Notes: generated from the letters alone by a model not told the origin. Positions 9,266 to 20,833 are shown, numbered from the stretch's first letter. The stretch is DNA of 64,000 bases from an uncultured Flavobacteriaceae bacterium (GCA_963727565.1 CAVSGU010000007.1:119979-183978); one strand, 5' to 3'. Numbers and translations: made by a program.

Positions 9266-10729
9266 TTAAAGATCACTTATATAACTACCGTATAGATCTT
9301 TAAATTGAACGCCTTTGGCGAACCTATGTTTACTTAATTTTTTGAATTCAACCAGAGCCCACAGCAAAAACTCCTTCAAGAAGTAAGAATCTTTTTCTGA
9401 AATTTCAGGATGGTATTTTTTAATAAGATCATTTAAAGGTTTTACCGAATCAAGTTTTTGCTTGTAATCTGCATCTGAAAGATCATCGGGTAATTCAAAA
9501 CCGCTTTGTTCAAAAAACCATTCTACTAAATCATCATAAGGTGTGGTTTCGTCTGGTCTCTGTAACTTTTCAATCTTAGGAAAATACTGCGGGAATAAAG
9601 TTTTTACCGCATCGCCAATTAACTGTAAAGCTACACTGGCCGCTCCTTCTTCTTCCCCTTCATAGACAAGTTCCACTTTCCCGGTAATTGCAGGTACAAC
9701 ACCAAGAAAATCGCCAAACCTCAACAGGGTTTCCTCATCTCCAGATTTCAATGAGCGCCTTTCGGCAGTACTCAACAAGTTCTCATAAGCCGTTATACTT
9801 AATCTTGCACTTATCCCGCTTTTTTCATCTATAAATTCACTTTCCCGTGCCTCGAAACTAATTTGCTCCAATAGATCTTTGGCCAGTTCGGGAACATAAA
9901 CCAGTTCGCTTTGTCTTTTATCAAGTTTAGCTTCCTGGGCGGTAATAATTTTTGCCGTTTCAATACTATCTGGATAATGGGTTAGAATTTGAGACCCAAT
10001 CCTGTCTTTAAGCGGAGTTACAATACTACCTCTATTGGTATAATCTTCAGGATTTGCAGTAAATACAAACTGCAGGTCTAGTGGTAATCTTAGTTTAAAT
10101 CCCCGAATTTGGATATCTCCTTCCTGAAGAATATTGAATAAGGCTACCTGGATTCTTGCTTGTAAATCTGGCAGTTCGTTAATTACAAAAATACTTCTAT
10201 TTGCACGAGGAATCATCCCGAAGTGAATTACGCGATCATCGGCATAACTCAATTTTAAGTTTGCAGCTTTAATAGGATCTACATCACCAATTAGATCGGC
10301 TACCGTCACATCTGGAGTGGCAAGTTTTTCGAAAAATCGTTCTTCTCTATGCACCCAGCTTATTGGAGTTTCATCTGCTTTCTCTTTTACTAACTCCCGC
10401 GCGTATCTGGAAATAGGATTCAAAGGATCGTCGTTGATCTCTGATCCCTGTACCACGGGCATATATTCATCAAGCAAATTAACCATTAAACGAGCTAACC
10501 TGGTTTTTGCCTGACCTCTTAAGCCAAGTAAATTAATATTGTGGCGTGATAGAATTGCTCTTTCCAGTTCGGGAATCACACTGTCTTCATAACCGTGAAT
10601 ACCGGGAAAAGTTGGTTCATTTTTCTTGATCTTTTCAATTAAATTCTCCCTAAGTTCTTCTTTAATACCCCGACTTTTATATCCGGATTTTTTAAGTTCC
10701 CCTAAGGTTTTTATATCTTCTACTTTCAT
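9266..10729 (-). CDS. AAA+ ATPase, magnesium-chelatase/MoxR-like (vWA-associated)
   Basis: Walker A-like GLRGQAKT, Walker B-like FVINELPDL, FTANPEDYTNRG; next to a vWA gene. Confidence 0.8.
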   Translation of the reverse strand: MKVEDIKTLGELKKSGYKSRGIKEELRENLIEKIKKNEPTFPGIHGYEDSVIPELERAILSRHNINLLGLRGQAKTRLARLMVNLLDEYMPVVQGSEINDDPLNPISRYARELVKEKADETPISWVHREERFFEKLATPDVTVADLIGDVDPIKAANLKLSYADDRVIHFGMIPRANRSIFVINELPDLQARIQVALFNILQEGDIQIRGFKLRLPLDLQFVFTANPEDYTNRGSIVTPLKDRIGSQILTHYPDSIETAKIITAQEAKLDKRQSELVYVPELAKDLLEQISFEARESEFIDEKSGISARLSITAYENLLSTAERRSLKSGDEETLLRFGDFLGVVPAITGKVELVYEGEEEGAASVALQLIGDAVKTLFPQYFPKIEKLQRPDETTPYDDLVEWFFEQSGFELPDDLSDADYKQKLDSVKPLNDLIKKYHPEISEKDSYFLKEFLLWALVEFKKLSKHRFAKGVQFKDLYGSYISDL

Positions 10730-10796
10730 ATTTCTATTTTTTCATTCTGTTTGAAACCCGAAGAAAATTCTCCAGATTATCATTTATGTCAAGCTG

Positions 10797-10863
10797 TCCC
10801 GAAGCCTCGGGATTGTTTCATATTCTGAATATTACCAGATCCTGAAATTAATACAGGATGACG
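10797..10863. repeat. Short hairpin tcccgaagcctcggga (10797-10812) plus a third CGTC-tagged REP copy (10837-10863, minus orientation)
   Basis: Reverse complement of 10837-10863 is cgtcatcctgtattaatttcaggatct, 23/27 identical to the 4041 copy. Confidence 0.75.
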
Positions 10864-10876
10864 GTAAAATATTTTT

Positions 10877-12007
10877 TTAATTCCCCCTAATTCTCTTTTT
10901 CCTATTGGTTTCGTAATCTTCAAAAATCATTTCACCTAAACCTTTAAGACCTGTATAAAATGCCTTACCCTGATTTGCATAGGTAAATTCCTTTACGAAC
11001 TGCATTAAATAAGGGTCTTGAGCGATCATAAATGTAGTGATAGGAATATGTAACTTCCTGGCCTGTCTTGCCATGGTATAGCATTTTCCTAGAATATAAG
11101 GATCCAACCCCATACTATTTTTATAATAAGAACCATCCCGTTCTCTCAGGCAACTTGGTTTCCCGTCGGTGATCATAAAAATTTGACGGTTGGTACTTCG
11201 TTTTCTTCTTAAGATATCCATAGCCAGTTTTAAACCTGCAACGGTATTGGTATGATAAGGTCCAACTTTTAAATAAGGAAGATCGGCGATAGAAACCGGC
11301 CAGGCATCGTCACCAAAAACAATAATATCCAGGCTATCTTTTGGGTATCTCGTGGTAATCAATTCGGCAAGTGCCATGGCGACTTTTTTTGCCGGAGTAA
11401 TACGATCTTCGCCATAAAGTATCATACTATGGCTAAGATCTATCATTAAAACCGTGCTCATTCGGGATTTGTAATGGGTTTCTTCAACCACCAAATCCTC
11501 TTCAGTCATATTAAAATCTCCAATCCCGTGATTGATCTGTGCATTACGCAGACTTTCGGTAACCGAAATTTTATCTGGGGTATCTCCAAATTGAAATGCC
11601 TTAAAATCGCCGGTATGCTCATCTCCCCGGCCTACGTGATTTGTTCTATGACTGCCGGAAGCGCTTTTTTTAAGTCTTCCAAAGATTTGATCTAAAGCCT
11701 GCTTTCTAATAGCACGCTCGGTTTTAGCGGTAATGGCCATTCCACCACCTTCATCTTCACTTTCTTCTTTGATGTAACCTTTTTTCTTAAGGTCTTCAAC
11801 AAAATCATCCAGTGTATAATCTTCTGTAGTTAACTTATATTCTTCATCAAGCTGTTTCAGCCAATCCAGCGCTTCATCTAGATCGCCTGAAGTATGGGTT
11901 ATCAATTCTTTGAAAACCTCGAATAATCTATCAAATGGCGATTTGTCTGGTGCTTCAAATTTATTAAAAACAAATCCGCTGCCCTGTCTGTAATCTTTCT
12001 TCTTCAT
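10877..12007 (-). CDS. vWA-domain protein, partner of the AAA ATPase
   Basis: MIDAS-like DLSHS, TNTVAGL and MITDG motifs. ATG at 12007 preferred over the track's upstream alternative start at 12058. Confidence 0.85.
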   Translation of the reverse strand: MKKKDYRQGSGFVFNKFEAPDKSPFDRLFEVFKELITHTSGDLDEALDWLKQLDEEYKLTTEDYTLDDFVEDLKKKGYIKEESEDEGGGMAITAKTERAIRKQALDQIFGRLKKSASGSHRTNHVGRGDEHTGDFKAFQFGDTPDKISVTESLRNAQINHGIGDFNMTEEDLVVEETHYKSRMSTVLMIDLSHSMILYGEDRITPAKKVAMALAELITTRYPKDSLDIIVFGDDAWPVSIADLPYLKVGPYHTNTVAGLKLAMDILRRKRSTNRQIFMITDGKPSCLRERDGSYYKNSMGLDPYILGKCYTMARQARKLHIPITTFMIAQDPYLMQFVKEFTYANQGKAFYTGLKGLGEMIFEDYETNRKKRIRGN

Positions 12008-12196
12008 AATCCTAAAATTACAGTATTTTGGGTAGAATTGGAAAATCTTTAGCTCCAACAGTGATTAAACTTATGTTAATCTATAAATTTGTGAGTGTTG
12101 CAATTGAGCTTTATATTGTTATTCTTTTCTTAAATACTTCAGCAATTAGTAAGGAGTTTAGAGATTTGAATATTACTAAATATAGACTGTAAATAA

Positions 12197-13012
12197 ATGA
12201 GAAAAATAATATTAAGCCTTTTATGTTTAAGCCTGGTTTTTAGCACTTACGCCCAGGACTCTCCCTACGAAACCAATACCTGGAAAGATGGTGCATATAT
12301 TGCCGGTGCTGTTGGTTTAAACGTTTTAGGATTTACGTTTATTCAAAATAAAGAATCACTAACCGAATCTGAACTTAATGCACTTAATAAAAATGATATT
12401 TGGGGAATAGACCGGTGGGCGGCCGGAAATTATTCTGAAGAGGCAGATGCTGCAAGCTATATTCCTTTTTATGCTGCGTTGGGAATGCCGCTGGCCTTTT
12501 TACCCAGCGAGGCCGAAAGAAAGAATTTTGGTCAAATAAGTGTTCTTTTTGTTGAAACTATGGCTACTACCGGAGTTTTCTATACGATGACGGCCGGTTT
12601 AATAGATAAAAGTAGGCCATTGGTCTATAACGAAGATCTTCCCACGGGTGAGCGTACTGAAGGTGGTGCCCAACGCTCCTTTATAGCGGGACATACTGCC
12701 GTTGCTGCTGCAGGAACTTTTTTCGCTGCCAAGGTTTTTAATGATTTTCATCCAGATTCTAAAGCAATACCCTATGTATGGGGAGGCGCTACGGGAATTT
12801 CGGTGTTAATGGGTTATTTGCGTACTAAAGCCGGAAAGCATTTTCTAACCGATAATATTGCCGGGTTTGTAGTAGGAGCGGCCAGTGGTATTTTAATCCC
12901 CGAATTACACAAAAAAGGAAATGAAAATATTGATCTCTATCCCACTGCCAATTTTAATGTGAATGGCACTGGCATAAATACCAAGGGCCTTGCCCTAACC
13001 TATAAGTTTTAA
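12197..13012 (+). CDS. PAP2-family phosphatase (exported/membrane)
   Basis: Signal peptide; KSRP, SFIAGHT and RTKAGKHFLTD PAP2-like motifs. Confidence 0.8.
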   Translation: MRKIILSLLCLSLVFSTYAQDSPYETNTWKDGAYIAGAVGLNVLGFTFIQNKESLTESELNALNKNDIWGIDRWAAGNYSEEADAASYIPFYAALGMPLAFLPSEAERKNFGQISVLFVETMATTGVFYTMTAGLIDKSRPLVYNEDLPTGERTEGGAQRSFIAGHTAVAAAGTFFAAKVFNDFHPDSKAIPYVWGGATGISVLMGYLRTKAGKHFLTDNIAGFVVGAASGILIPELHKKGNENIDLYPTANFNVNGTGINTKGLALTYKF

Positions 13013-13023
13013 GCTAATTCTCT

Positions 13024-14100
13024 ATGGAAATTTCAGAAATAATAATGCTTATAGCCTGCGGACTATTTTTAATTCCCAGCCTGGCATCTGCAACACGATT
13101 TGATCAATGGTGGATACGCGCTTTCGATTTTCCACGACTGCAAATTTCAATACTTATTAGCACGGTAATTATTGTAGCTATTATCGTTTTTGATTTTTCT
13201 GAAGTAATTCATTTTATCGCTATAGCGCTACTAATCGTCAGCTTAATTTATCAGCTTGAGAAAATTTATCCCTATACCTGGTTTGCCAACAAGGAGGTCA
13301 TGCAATTTGAGGATGGAGATCCAACCGATAATATTTCAATCCTGGTAAGCAATGTGCTTACTCCAAATAATGATTATCACAAACTTCTTGAAATTGTAAA
13401 CAGAAGGCAACCCGATATTTTACTCACCCTGGAATCTGATGAAAAATGGGAAGAGGCGCTTAAAGACCTGGAAAAGGATTATAAATATTGTATAAAAGTA
13501 CCCCAGGATAATCTCTACGGAATGCACCTATATTCTAAACTGAAGTTGGAAGAAACCGAAATCAGGTACCTGGTAAAAGACGATATTCCTTCTATTCACG
13601 GGTTTGTGCGTTTAGATGATAATTCAAAAATTAGAATTCATTGTATGCATCCCAAGCCACCAAGTCCTTCGGAAGCTGATACTTCTACTAATCGTGATGC
13701 TGAATTACTGATGCTGGGAAGAGATGTACGGGAACAGGATGATAGTGTTTTGGTATTTGGAGATCTAAATGATGTGGCCTGGTCCAGAACCACAAGATTA
13801 TTTCAGCAAATGAGCGGATTAATAGATCCAAGAATTGGTAGAGGATTTTTTAATACTTTCCACGCCGATTATCGTTTTTTTAGATGGCCTCTTGACCACG
13901 TTTTTCATAGCAATGATTTCACCCTTGTGGATATTGCCCGCGAAAAACATATAGGCTCAGATCATTTCCCTATGTATATTAAATTGAATTTTGAGCGAAA
14001 AGCAGAATTAGAACAAAATAAACCAGAAGCTGAAGAAGAAGAAAAGGAATGGGCTCACGAAAAAATAGATGATGCTCAACCCCGGGAAAAAGGCGTTTAA
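13024..14100 (+). CDS. Endonuclease/exonuclease/phosphatase (EEP) family protein with N-terminal TM helices
   Basis: SNVL, LTLESD, FGDLNDVAWS, PLDHVF and GSDHFP motifs. Confidence 0.85.
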   Translation: MEISEIIMLIACGLFLIPSLASATRFDQWWIRAFDFPRLQISILISTVIIVAIIVFDFSEVIHFIAIALLIVSLIYQLEKIYPYTWFANKEVMQFEDGDPTDNISILVSNVLTPNNDYHKLLEIVNRRQPDILLTLESDEKWEEALKDLEKDYKYCIKVPQDNLYGMHLYSKLKLEETEIRYLVKDDIPSIHGFVRLDDNSKIRIHCMHPKPPSPSEADTSTNRDAELLMLGRDVREQDDSVLVFGDLNDVAWSRTTRLFQQMSGLIDPRIGRGFFNTFHADYRFFRWPLDHVFHSNDFTLVDIAREKHIGSDHFPMYIKLNFERKAELEQNKPEAEEEEKEWAHEKIDDAQPREKGV

Positions 14101-14508
14101 ACCCGTTCGAAAAAATGACTTATTTCTGAAATTTCTTTAATCTTTTCACAATCTGAAGAGTGGATAGGTTTTTCAATAAATAAGCGTACCATGCTATATT
14201 TTTTAGCTTCTTCTTTATCCTCTTTATTAATTGAAGAGGTAACCATAACAACGTGATAATGAGATTTTTCTTCGTTGTTTTCTAAACAGTCAAGAAAATC
14301 CCAGCCATTCATATTAGGCATGTTTATATCTAAAAAAATAAGGAATTCCTTTTTATTTTTTAGTTGCTGCTGCTCTTTTAAGTAATTTAAGGCAGCATCA
14401 GCCTTATTAAAACAAACCGGGTTAGATAGCGATCTCGTGATTTGAGATCATTTTCTTTTGAATAAATACCACAATTTGATCGTCATCTACGATAATTACT
14501 TCAAGCAT
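14097..14508 (-). CDS. Single-domain response regulator (receiver); one +1 indel near 14430
   Basis: ATG 14508 gives MLEVIIVDDDQIVVFIQKK. After an extra base (gct-a-tct) the frame reads SNPVCFNKA...IFLDINMPNMNGWDFL...MVTSS...FIEKP. Confidence 0.85.
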
Positions 14509-14530
14509 ATGGAGGGTTTAGGGCAAGAGC

Positions 14531-16285
14531 TTAAAAATCTTCTTCGGTTTTATTAGTGATTTTTCTAATAACCTTATCAAGCTCTTCAGACGAATTTAAG
14601 ATATTATCTATAATTTCCTCAATATTATCAAGGTTATTTCTTTGATTTTTTAATAAATCTATTAAACCCATAATTCTTGCTAAAGGCGCCCTAACTACGT
14701 GAGATTGTGTCCAGGCAATTTCCCGAAGCCTTTCATTACTGCGCTCTATGGCATTAATATATTTTCTTCTTTCGGTAATGTCCTGTACAGAACCAATTAT
14801 ACGCGAAGGTTTGCCCTCTGCATCACTAATTACGTAACTACGGTCAAGGATATACTTATAGTTTCCGTCAGCACATTTAAAGCGATATTCAATATTCAAT
14901 AGCTTTTTATGATTGTTGAAAATTTCCTTAGTGGCCTCAGTTACGCGTTGGTAATCCTCGGGATGCAGCCGCTCCTTCCACCATTCTCGTGAAGTTCCCA
15001 TTTCTTCCGGGCTATATCCAAAAATATCATAGATCGCATTGCTAAACTGAAAAGTATCGTTTTCAATATTATAATCGGTAATTAGATCACTGGTAGCTTT
15101 GGCAACAATGTCATAACGTTCCAGGCTTTCTCTTAATTCCTTTTCCTGTATTTTAAAACTGGTAATATCTCTTGAAGTTGCCACCAAACCATTTACTGCA
15201 GGATCGTCTCTTAAATCACTTATAATAGTTTCTAACCATCGCCATTCTCCTTCCCCATTTTTATACCTATAAGAAGGCAATTGGAAAGATTTTACCTTAC
15301 CTATAAATTTAATCTTGTCTACTATATGTGGACGATCTTCATTATGAATATATTTAAATGCATTACTTCCTTGCAGTTTTTCAGGGTTTATACCTAAAAT
15401 ATTCTTTGCGCTAGGGCTTATATAAGTGTAGTGAAAATTTTCATCTAAAATACTTATTACGTCACTGCCATCCTGCACCAAAGCTTTAAATCGCTCCTGA
15501 CTGTGTCTTAATTTTTCTTCGGCTTTAACTTTTTCGGTAATATTGTGCGCCAAAGTAACGCGGGCTTCCCTGCCGCCGAACAAAATAGGATTAGTTTGCA
15601 CATCTATAAAGATCATTTCACCATTCTTGGTCAAATGCTTTACTTTAACATTAAAGAAATCGTGAAAATTATCGGCTATGGTTTGTTCAATTCTATCCTC
15701 ATCATTTGCCCATAGATCCCTTACAGTCATTTTCATGAATTCTTCTCTAGAATAGCCGTAGAGGTTTATGGCTGCTTGATTAACGTCTAAAAATTCAAGG
15801 GTATGTCTATCTAAAACCCATTTTGGTAAAGGGCTGGAATCAAATAATGTTCGGTACTTTTCTTCAGACGCATAAAGCTGCCGCTGTACCTTTTTTCGCT
15901 CCATGCTGTAATGGATGCTTTTAGAAAGATTTGAAGCATTAATTTCATCTTTCAGCAGGTAGTCTGAAACTCCCCAGGAAAGGGTTTTCATTCCATAATC
16001 CTTATTGGTATATCCTGTTAGTACCACCACCGGTGCACCATTAGCCAAAGCCAGGATTTCTTTTACTAGAGTTTCGGTGTTTTTAATATCCGGGAGCGAT
16101 AGGTCGAGTAAGACGGTATCAAAATTTCTGGTAGCCTGGAGCATTTCTTTCGCCATTTTAAAATTTTCGGCGCGCTGCAGTTCCAGTGCTGCGTGTTCTT
16201 CGGAAAGATAATCTTCTATAAGAATAAAATCGCCCGGGTTGTCCTCAATAACTAAAACCTTTAATTCCCCGGAATTTTGAATCAT
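14531..16285 (-). CDS. Receiver-PAS-PAS-PAS-HisKA signalling protein lacking a HATPase domain
   Basis: N-terminal VIEDNPGD/LLDLSLPD receiver, three PAS/PAC repeats, terminal AWTQSHVVRAPLARIMGL H-box, then stop. Confidence 0.85.
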   Translation of the reverse strand: MIQNSGELKVLVIEDNPGDFILIEDYLSEEHAALELQRAENFKMAKEMLQATRNFDTVLLDLSLPDIKNTETLVKEILALANGAPVVVLTGYTNKDYGMKTLSWGVSDYLLKDEINASNLSKSIHYSMERKKVQRQLYASEEKYRTLFDSSPLPKWVLDRHTLEFLDVNQAAINLYGYSREEFMKMTVRDLWANDEDRIEQTIADNFHDFFNVKVKHLTKNGEMIFIDVQTNPILFGGREARVTLAHNITEKVKAEEKLRHSQERFKALVQDGSDVISILDENFHYTYISPSAKNILGINPEKLQGSNAFKYIHNEDRPHIVDKIKFIGKVKSFQLPSYRYKNGEGEWRWLETIISDLRDDPAVNGLVATSRDITSFKIQEKELRESLERYDIVAKATSDLITDYNIENDTFQFSNAIYDIFGYSPEEMGTSREWWKERLHPEDYQRVTEATKEIFNNHKKLLNIEYRFKCADGNYKYILDRSYVISDAEGKPSRIIGSVQDITERRKYINAIERSNERLREIAWTQSHVVRAPLARIMGLIDLLKNQRNNLDNIEEIIDNILNSSEELDKVIRKITNKTEEDF

Positions 16286-16370
16286 TTAATACTATTTTAA
16301 AATAACGAAGTAAGAATTCTATGAATTGAATCAACCAGTTTACAAGAGGTAAACCTGAATTTAAAGCTTT

Positions 16371-16378
16371 CAAAATTA
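16371..16378 (-). promoter_or_regulatory. -7 promoter box TAATTTTG upstream of the receiver-PAS gene
   Basis: Exact TAnnTTTG on the minus strand in the intergenic region. Confidence 0.4.
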
Positions 16379-16412
16379 AAAGCACTTAGCTTCGCACTAC
16401 AGAGTAAATATA

Positions 16413-18585
16413 CTAAAATTGTTTTGGGATTGTAAAATAAAAGCTGCTCCCTTCCCCAAGCCTGGAATCTACCCAAATTTTACCACCAAAATTATCTACG
16501 ATCTTTTTACATATTGCCAGGCCAATTCCGGTTCCTTCATATTCATCCCGCTGATGTAAACGCTGAAAAATTATAAAAATTTGCTCCTTGAATTCTTCTT
16601 CAATCCCGATACCGTTATCGCTGATTTTAAATTCCCAATGCTTCTCTTTTTCTAAAGATGAAATTTTGATTTCCGGCTGCCTTTCTTTTGAATAATACTT
16701 TAAGGCATTGCCTATTAAATTAGAGAATAATTGCCTTAATACCGGTTCTTCAACTTTTAAATTTGGCAGTGTACCTATTTCAATTTTCGCATTTTTTTCT
16801 TCAATAGATTTTTTCTGAAGCGACAAAACTTCAGAAACTAAATTTTCGAGATTTACCGCTGTAACTTTATGCGACACCCGGCCTACCCTGGAGTATTCAA
16901 GTAAATCTAAAATTATTTGGCGCATTCGGGTTGCACCATCGTGCGCAAAATAAATATATTGTTGCGCTTTATCATCTAATTTATGGTCGTATTTTTTCTT
17001 GAGCTGTGTTAGGAAACTAGTTACCATTCTAAGCGGCTCCTGCAGGTCGTGTGAGGCTATATAAGCAAATTGTTCAAGTTCTTTGTTAGATAATGCTAAT
17101 TCATCTGCATGTTTTTTAAGCGCCGCGTTTAATTCTTCTAAAGCCTTTTCTTTCTCTTTAATTTCAGTAATATTTCTTGAAATCCCAACCAGGCCTTTTT
17201 TATTATCCCCAAATTTAAAAGGGACTTTGGTTAAAAGTGTATAATTTTTTTTACCATTAAAATCCTGAACTATATCCTCTCGATTTATTACAGGAATACC
17301 ATTATTCATAACCTGTGTGTTATCTTCGAGTACTTTGATAGCTTCTTCATTTTCAAAAAATTCTAAGGCCGTTAGTCCTAAACTTTCCTGTTCATTTTCA
17401 ACCCCATAATAATTCTTATAAAAACTATGGTTGGTTAAAATAGTTTCGTGCTTTTCATTTACCACAAAAATATGATCTGGTATATAATCTATAATTGCCC
17501 TAAACATATTATGTTCTTCCCGCAGTTTCTGCTCTATTTCTACCTGTTTAGTGATGTCTTTGGCAATTCCGTAAACCCCGGTTATTTTCTTATTTACATA
17601 TATTGGAAAGTTCGTGACATCAAGCACCTTTTTTGTTCCTTTAAGGCTTATAAAATTAGTTTTATAACGCTGCACTTCACCTGAAACTGCCATGGAAGAG
17701 TGCATCATTACACGATCTCTATCTTCTGGCGCGATTAAAGGTAAAAAATTCACTTCTCTTACTTTTTCCCTGGGACCTTCTACAAGATTTAAAGCAGCTT
17801 CGTTGAGATCTACAAAGTTACCTTGAAGATCAAAGGAATAGACAGCATCAGGATTATAATCAAATAAAGACTGAAAAGCTTGCTTGCTATTTTCTGCAAT
17901 TAATTCCTGTTTTTTTCTATCTGAAATATCTACAATAGTGGTACTGGTTCTCCTTTCACCTTCATTATTGGTATAAATAACCGAATGTACCTCACAAGGA
18001 AAAGTCTCGCCATTCTTTTTAATTCCTACTAATTCTGTTCTTAATTCCCCCGCTTTATTTCTTTGCGCGACCGCCATTATCCAAGTCGGAGTTCTTTTGC
18101 ATTATATCTTCCCGACTGAATTGCTTAAGTTCTTTAGCACTATAACCAAACAGTTCTACACGCCGCCCTATTAACTTCTATATTGGCCCATTAGGATCAG
18201 ACAGAAAAATAGCTAGAGAGGAGTTCTCCAGAATATTTTTTAATTGGATTATATTTTCAGACGAATTAGTGTTCCTAGGAGGAACAGCTTTTATACATAT
18301 TGAATAATTTTTAATATTCCCCTTATCATCTAAAGAAGGACTACTAAAAACCTCTATAGCTTCAGTTTTTGAAAAAGCAAAGACATTGTGAAATATCCCT
18401 TGATTAGTTTCAAAATCGCTACGGAATTTAGTCCAAATCTCAGGTGGAAATATTTCTTTTAAACTTAACTGCGTCTTTGGTCTTTTATTAAAGATATTCT
18501 TTAGAAATTCTTCTGCGGAAGTATTCCAACTTATAATTTCAAAATTCCCGTCAATATTTAAAACTGGTGTAGTTATTTGCTTCAT
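16413..18585 (-). CDS. Multi-PAS sensor histidine kinase; about 3 indels at 18075-18180 split it into track ORFs 18178-18585 and 16413-18077
   Basis: Bridging frame reads (L)EVNRAAC/ELFGYSAKELKQFSREDI, a PAS motif. C-terminus has ASHDLQEPLR H-box, NLIGNALKY, DNGIGI and GTGIGLA. Confidence 0.85.
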
Positions 18586-18615
18586 TGAGGCGCAGTTTGA
18601 ATTTACGGTTTCTTT

Positions 18616-19976
18616 TTATAAAAACGATTTAGAAATAGAAACGCCGGCACCAAAATTAGGCCCTTCAATTTCGCTAAAATCAGATCCTAGCTGAAGATTT
18701 AAATTCACTACATTTTGAAGTAAATTTAAGTCGAGGTAAGTAGAAAGAACGTGTTTCCCATTGGTATTTGCACTTCCTTTTCCGCCATAATTCTTCCTGA
18801 AACTTCCTAAAAATCTATAGGGTACTTTATTGAAGGCCATCCCGCTTAAACCTATATGATGCGCAATTATTTTATTGTTATTTATCCTAAATCTATCTGG
18901 CCCAAGGGTTATAAATGGAAGTCCCAACACCCTATTTTCGTAAGTCCAACCAGACCGGTATAGATTATTATTGAAATAATTATCCTCACCATCGGTGGTA
19001 GGTGTATTTTTACTTTGATTTTTGGTATAGTAGAATTCATACATCACAGCTTGAAACCAGGAATCTAAAGGAGCTGCAGGATCTTCTATAAAAATGCCAT
19101 AGCGGCCATCAGGTGTATTTCTTAGTAAACTTCCAGAGCCGTCTTCGAATAAATGATTGTAAATAAATTCAACATTATAACCAGCTAATATGGTTTTGAT
19201 ATTTATCTCGTAACTACCCAAATGATTTCCTAATCCATTAATTTCTTGTTCAGAAATTCCATCTCCGGTATCTTCTCCTGCTCCTCTCCCGGTAACTGCC
19301 CTGGTATAGGCTTCAAAATCGGAAGGAAGATCGCCAAATTCCGGATGTGTGCCGCCCCATTGGACAAAGTGTCTCAACCCAGCTGAAATTTGAAATTTAG
19401 GCAGAAGATTTATAAACTAAATGGAAACTTTTATGATGAAGCCTGGTGTTTTCTACAAAACGCTCATCATCCATAAGGTATTCTTCAAACGCAGCCTGGA
19501 AGCCAAGTCCGCGATTATTTTTAAAAAATATAGGGCGTGTAGTAAAAAGTCGAATTCCGGGAAGCGGTCTTGCATTTAAAGACCATAAAATGCTCTGGTT
19601 AGTAGCGCTTAATCCTCTATACAATTCTTTGCGCTGTTTACGTCCCGCCACAATTCCCAACCAGGAATTATTAAAAGCTAAATAGGCTTCATCTAATTGA
19701 AGCTTATCGGAATAACCATCCTGGTAAAGTGCTCCCAGCCCAAATTCTAGATTAGAATTTTCTGAAAGATTATAAAATCCGTGAGTGTTAATAAAGCCTG
19801 AAAAATTGGTGAGTTCGTCTATTCTCCCTCTTTGATTGGTATGCAACCAAAATGGAGAGTTATCACTCACTATACAATAGTCCGGTTGCGTTCACTTGTC
19901 CACTAAACTCAATATTTTGTGCGTGGACATTTAGGAAAAAGGAAAAAAATAAAAATACTAGTAAATTTTGTTTCAT
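18616..19976 (-). pseudogene. wzi: Capsule assembly Wzi-family outer-membrane protein, frameshifted (probably sequencing error)
   Basis: Signal peptide from ATG 19976. Fragments PFWLHTNQRG, SILWSLNARPLPGI and DNYFNNNLYRSGWTY lie in different frames. Confidence 0.7.
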
Positions 19977-20052
19977 AAGTAGGCGTTAAGACTTTTCAAA
20001 TATGCTTAATTCGATTTAAAAATATGTAATTTTATACTTCTAAAACTTAGAA

Positions 20053-20784
20053 ATGCTATCCATTTTTCAGAAAAAATATTTTTTAGTCGATTTACTGGAA
20101 GGTTTCACCGATTTCCACAATCATTTACTGCCCGGTATAGACGATGGTGCTAATAGTGCAGAAGACTCTATAGCAATGATCAAAAAATTTAATGAATTTG
20201 GAGTCACTAATTTTGTAGCCAGTCCTCACGTTATGGGAGAATTTTATCCGAATACTCCGGAGACAATTCTTCCCGCTTTGGAAAAAGTAAAAAAGAATTT
20301 GCCACACGGAAATTCTATTAAAGCGGCAGGAGAATATATGATGGACCAATATTTAATAGATCAGCTGGAAAAAGATAATGTCTTGAATGTGACGGAAAAT
20401 TATGTTTTAGTAGAGATGTCGTATTTTCAGGCACCCATTAATTTAGCTGAAATCCTATTTAAAATTCAGAATACCAACCTAAAACCAATACTTGCTCATC
20501 CAGAGCGTTATGCTTTTTATCACGATAGCAGCTTTGATAAGTACAAAGACCTAAAAACACGAGGGTGCGATTTCCAATTAAATATGCTATCCCTAACCCC
20601 TCACTATGGAACAGGTATACAAAAGAAAGCCTTCCAGCTGCTTGAAAACGGGATGATTGATTTTATTAGCAGTGATGCCCACAGAATGGAACACCTGGAA
20701 AAAATTGGGAATATAAAGTTAAAGAAAAAGCAGCTTAATCTTCTAGAACCTATAATTGAAAAATCCAAAGCTTTGTTTAGGTAA
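20053..20784 (+). CDS. CpsB/YwqE-type PHP-fold protein-tyrosine phosphatase
   Basis: DFHNHLLPGIDDGA, ASPH, ILAHPERY and ISSDAH motifs; next to wzc. Confidence 0.92.
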   Translation: MLSIFQKKYFLVDLLEGFTDFHNHLLPGIDDGANSAEDSIAMIKKFNEFGVTNFVASPHVMGEFYPNTPETILPALEKVKKNLPHGNSIKAAGEYMMDQYLIDQLEKDNVLNVTENYVLVEMSYFQAPINLAEILFKIQNTNLKPILAHPERYAFYHDSSFDKYKDLKTRGCDFQLNMLSLTPHYGTGIQKKAFQLLENGMIDFISSDAHRMEHLEKIGNIKLKKKQLNLLEPIIEKSKALFR

Positions 20785-20833
20785 ACAAAACTCTGGATTT
20801 ACAATTCGTTATTATATTTGAGCCCAGAAATTC

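Noticed and set aside
9266-12007. AAA-ATPase/vWA pair as a novel system
   Set aside because: This is a widespread, known MoxR/chelatase-vWA type of pairing; nothing distinctive was seen here.
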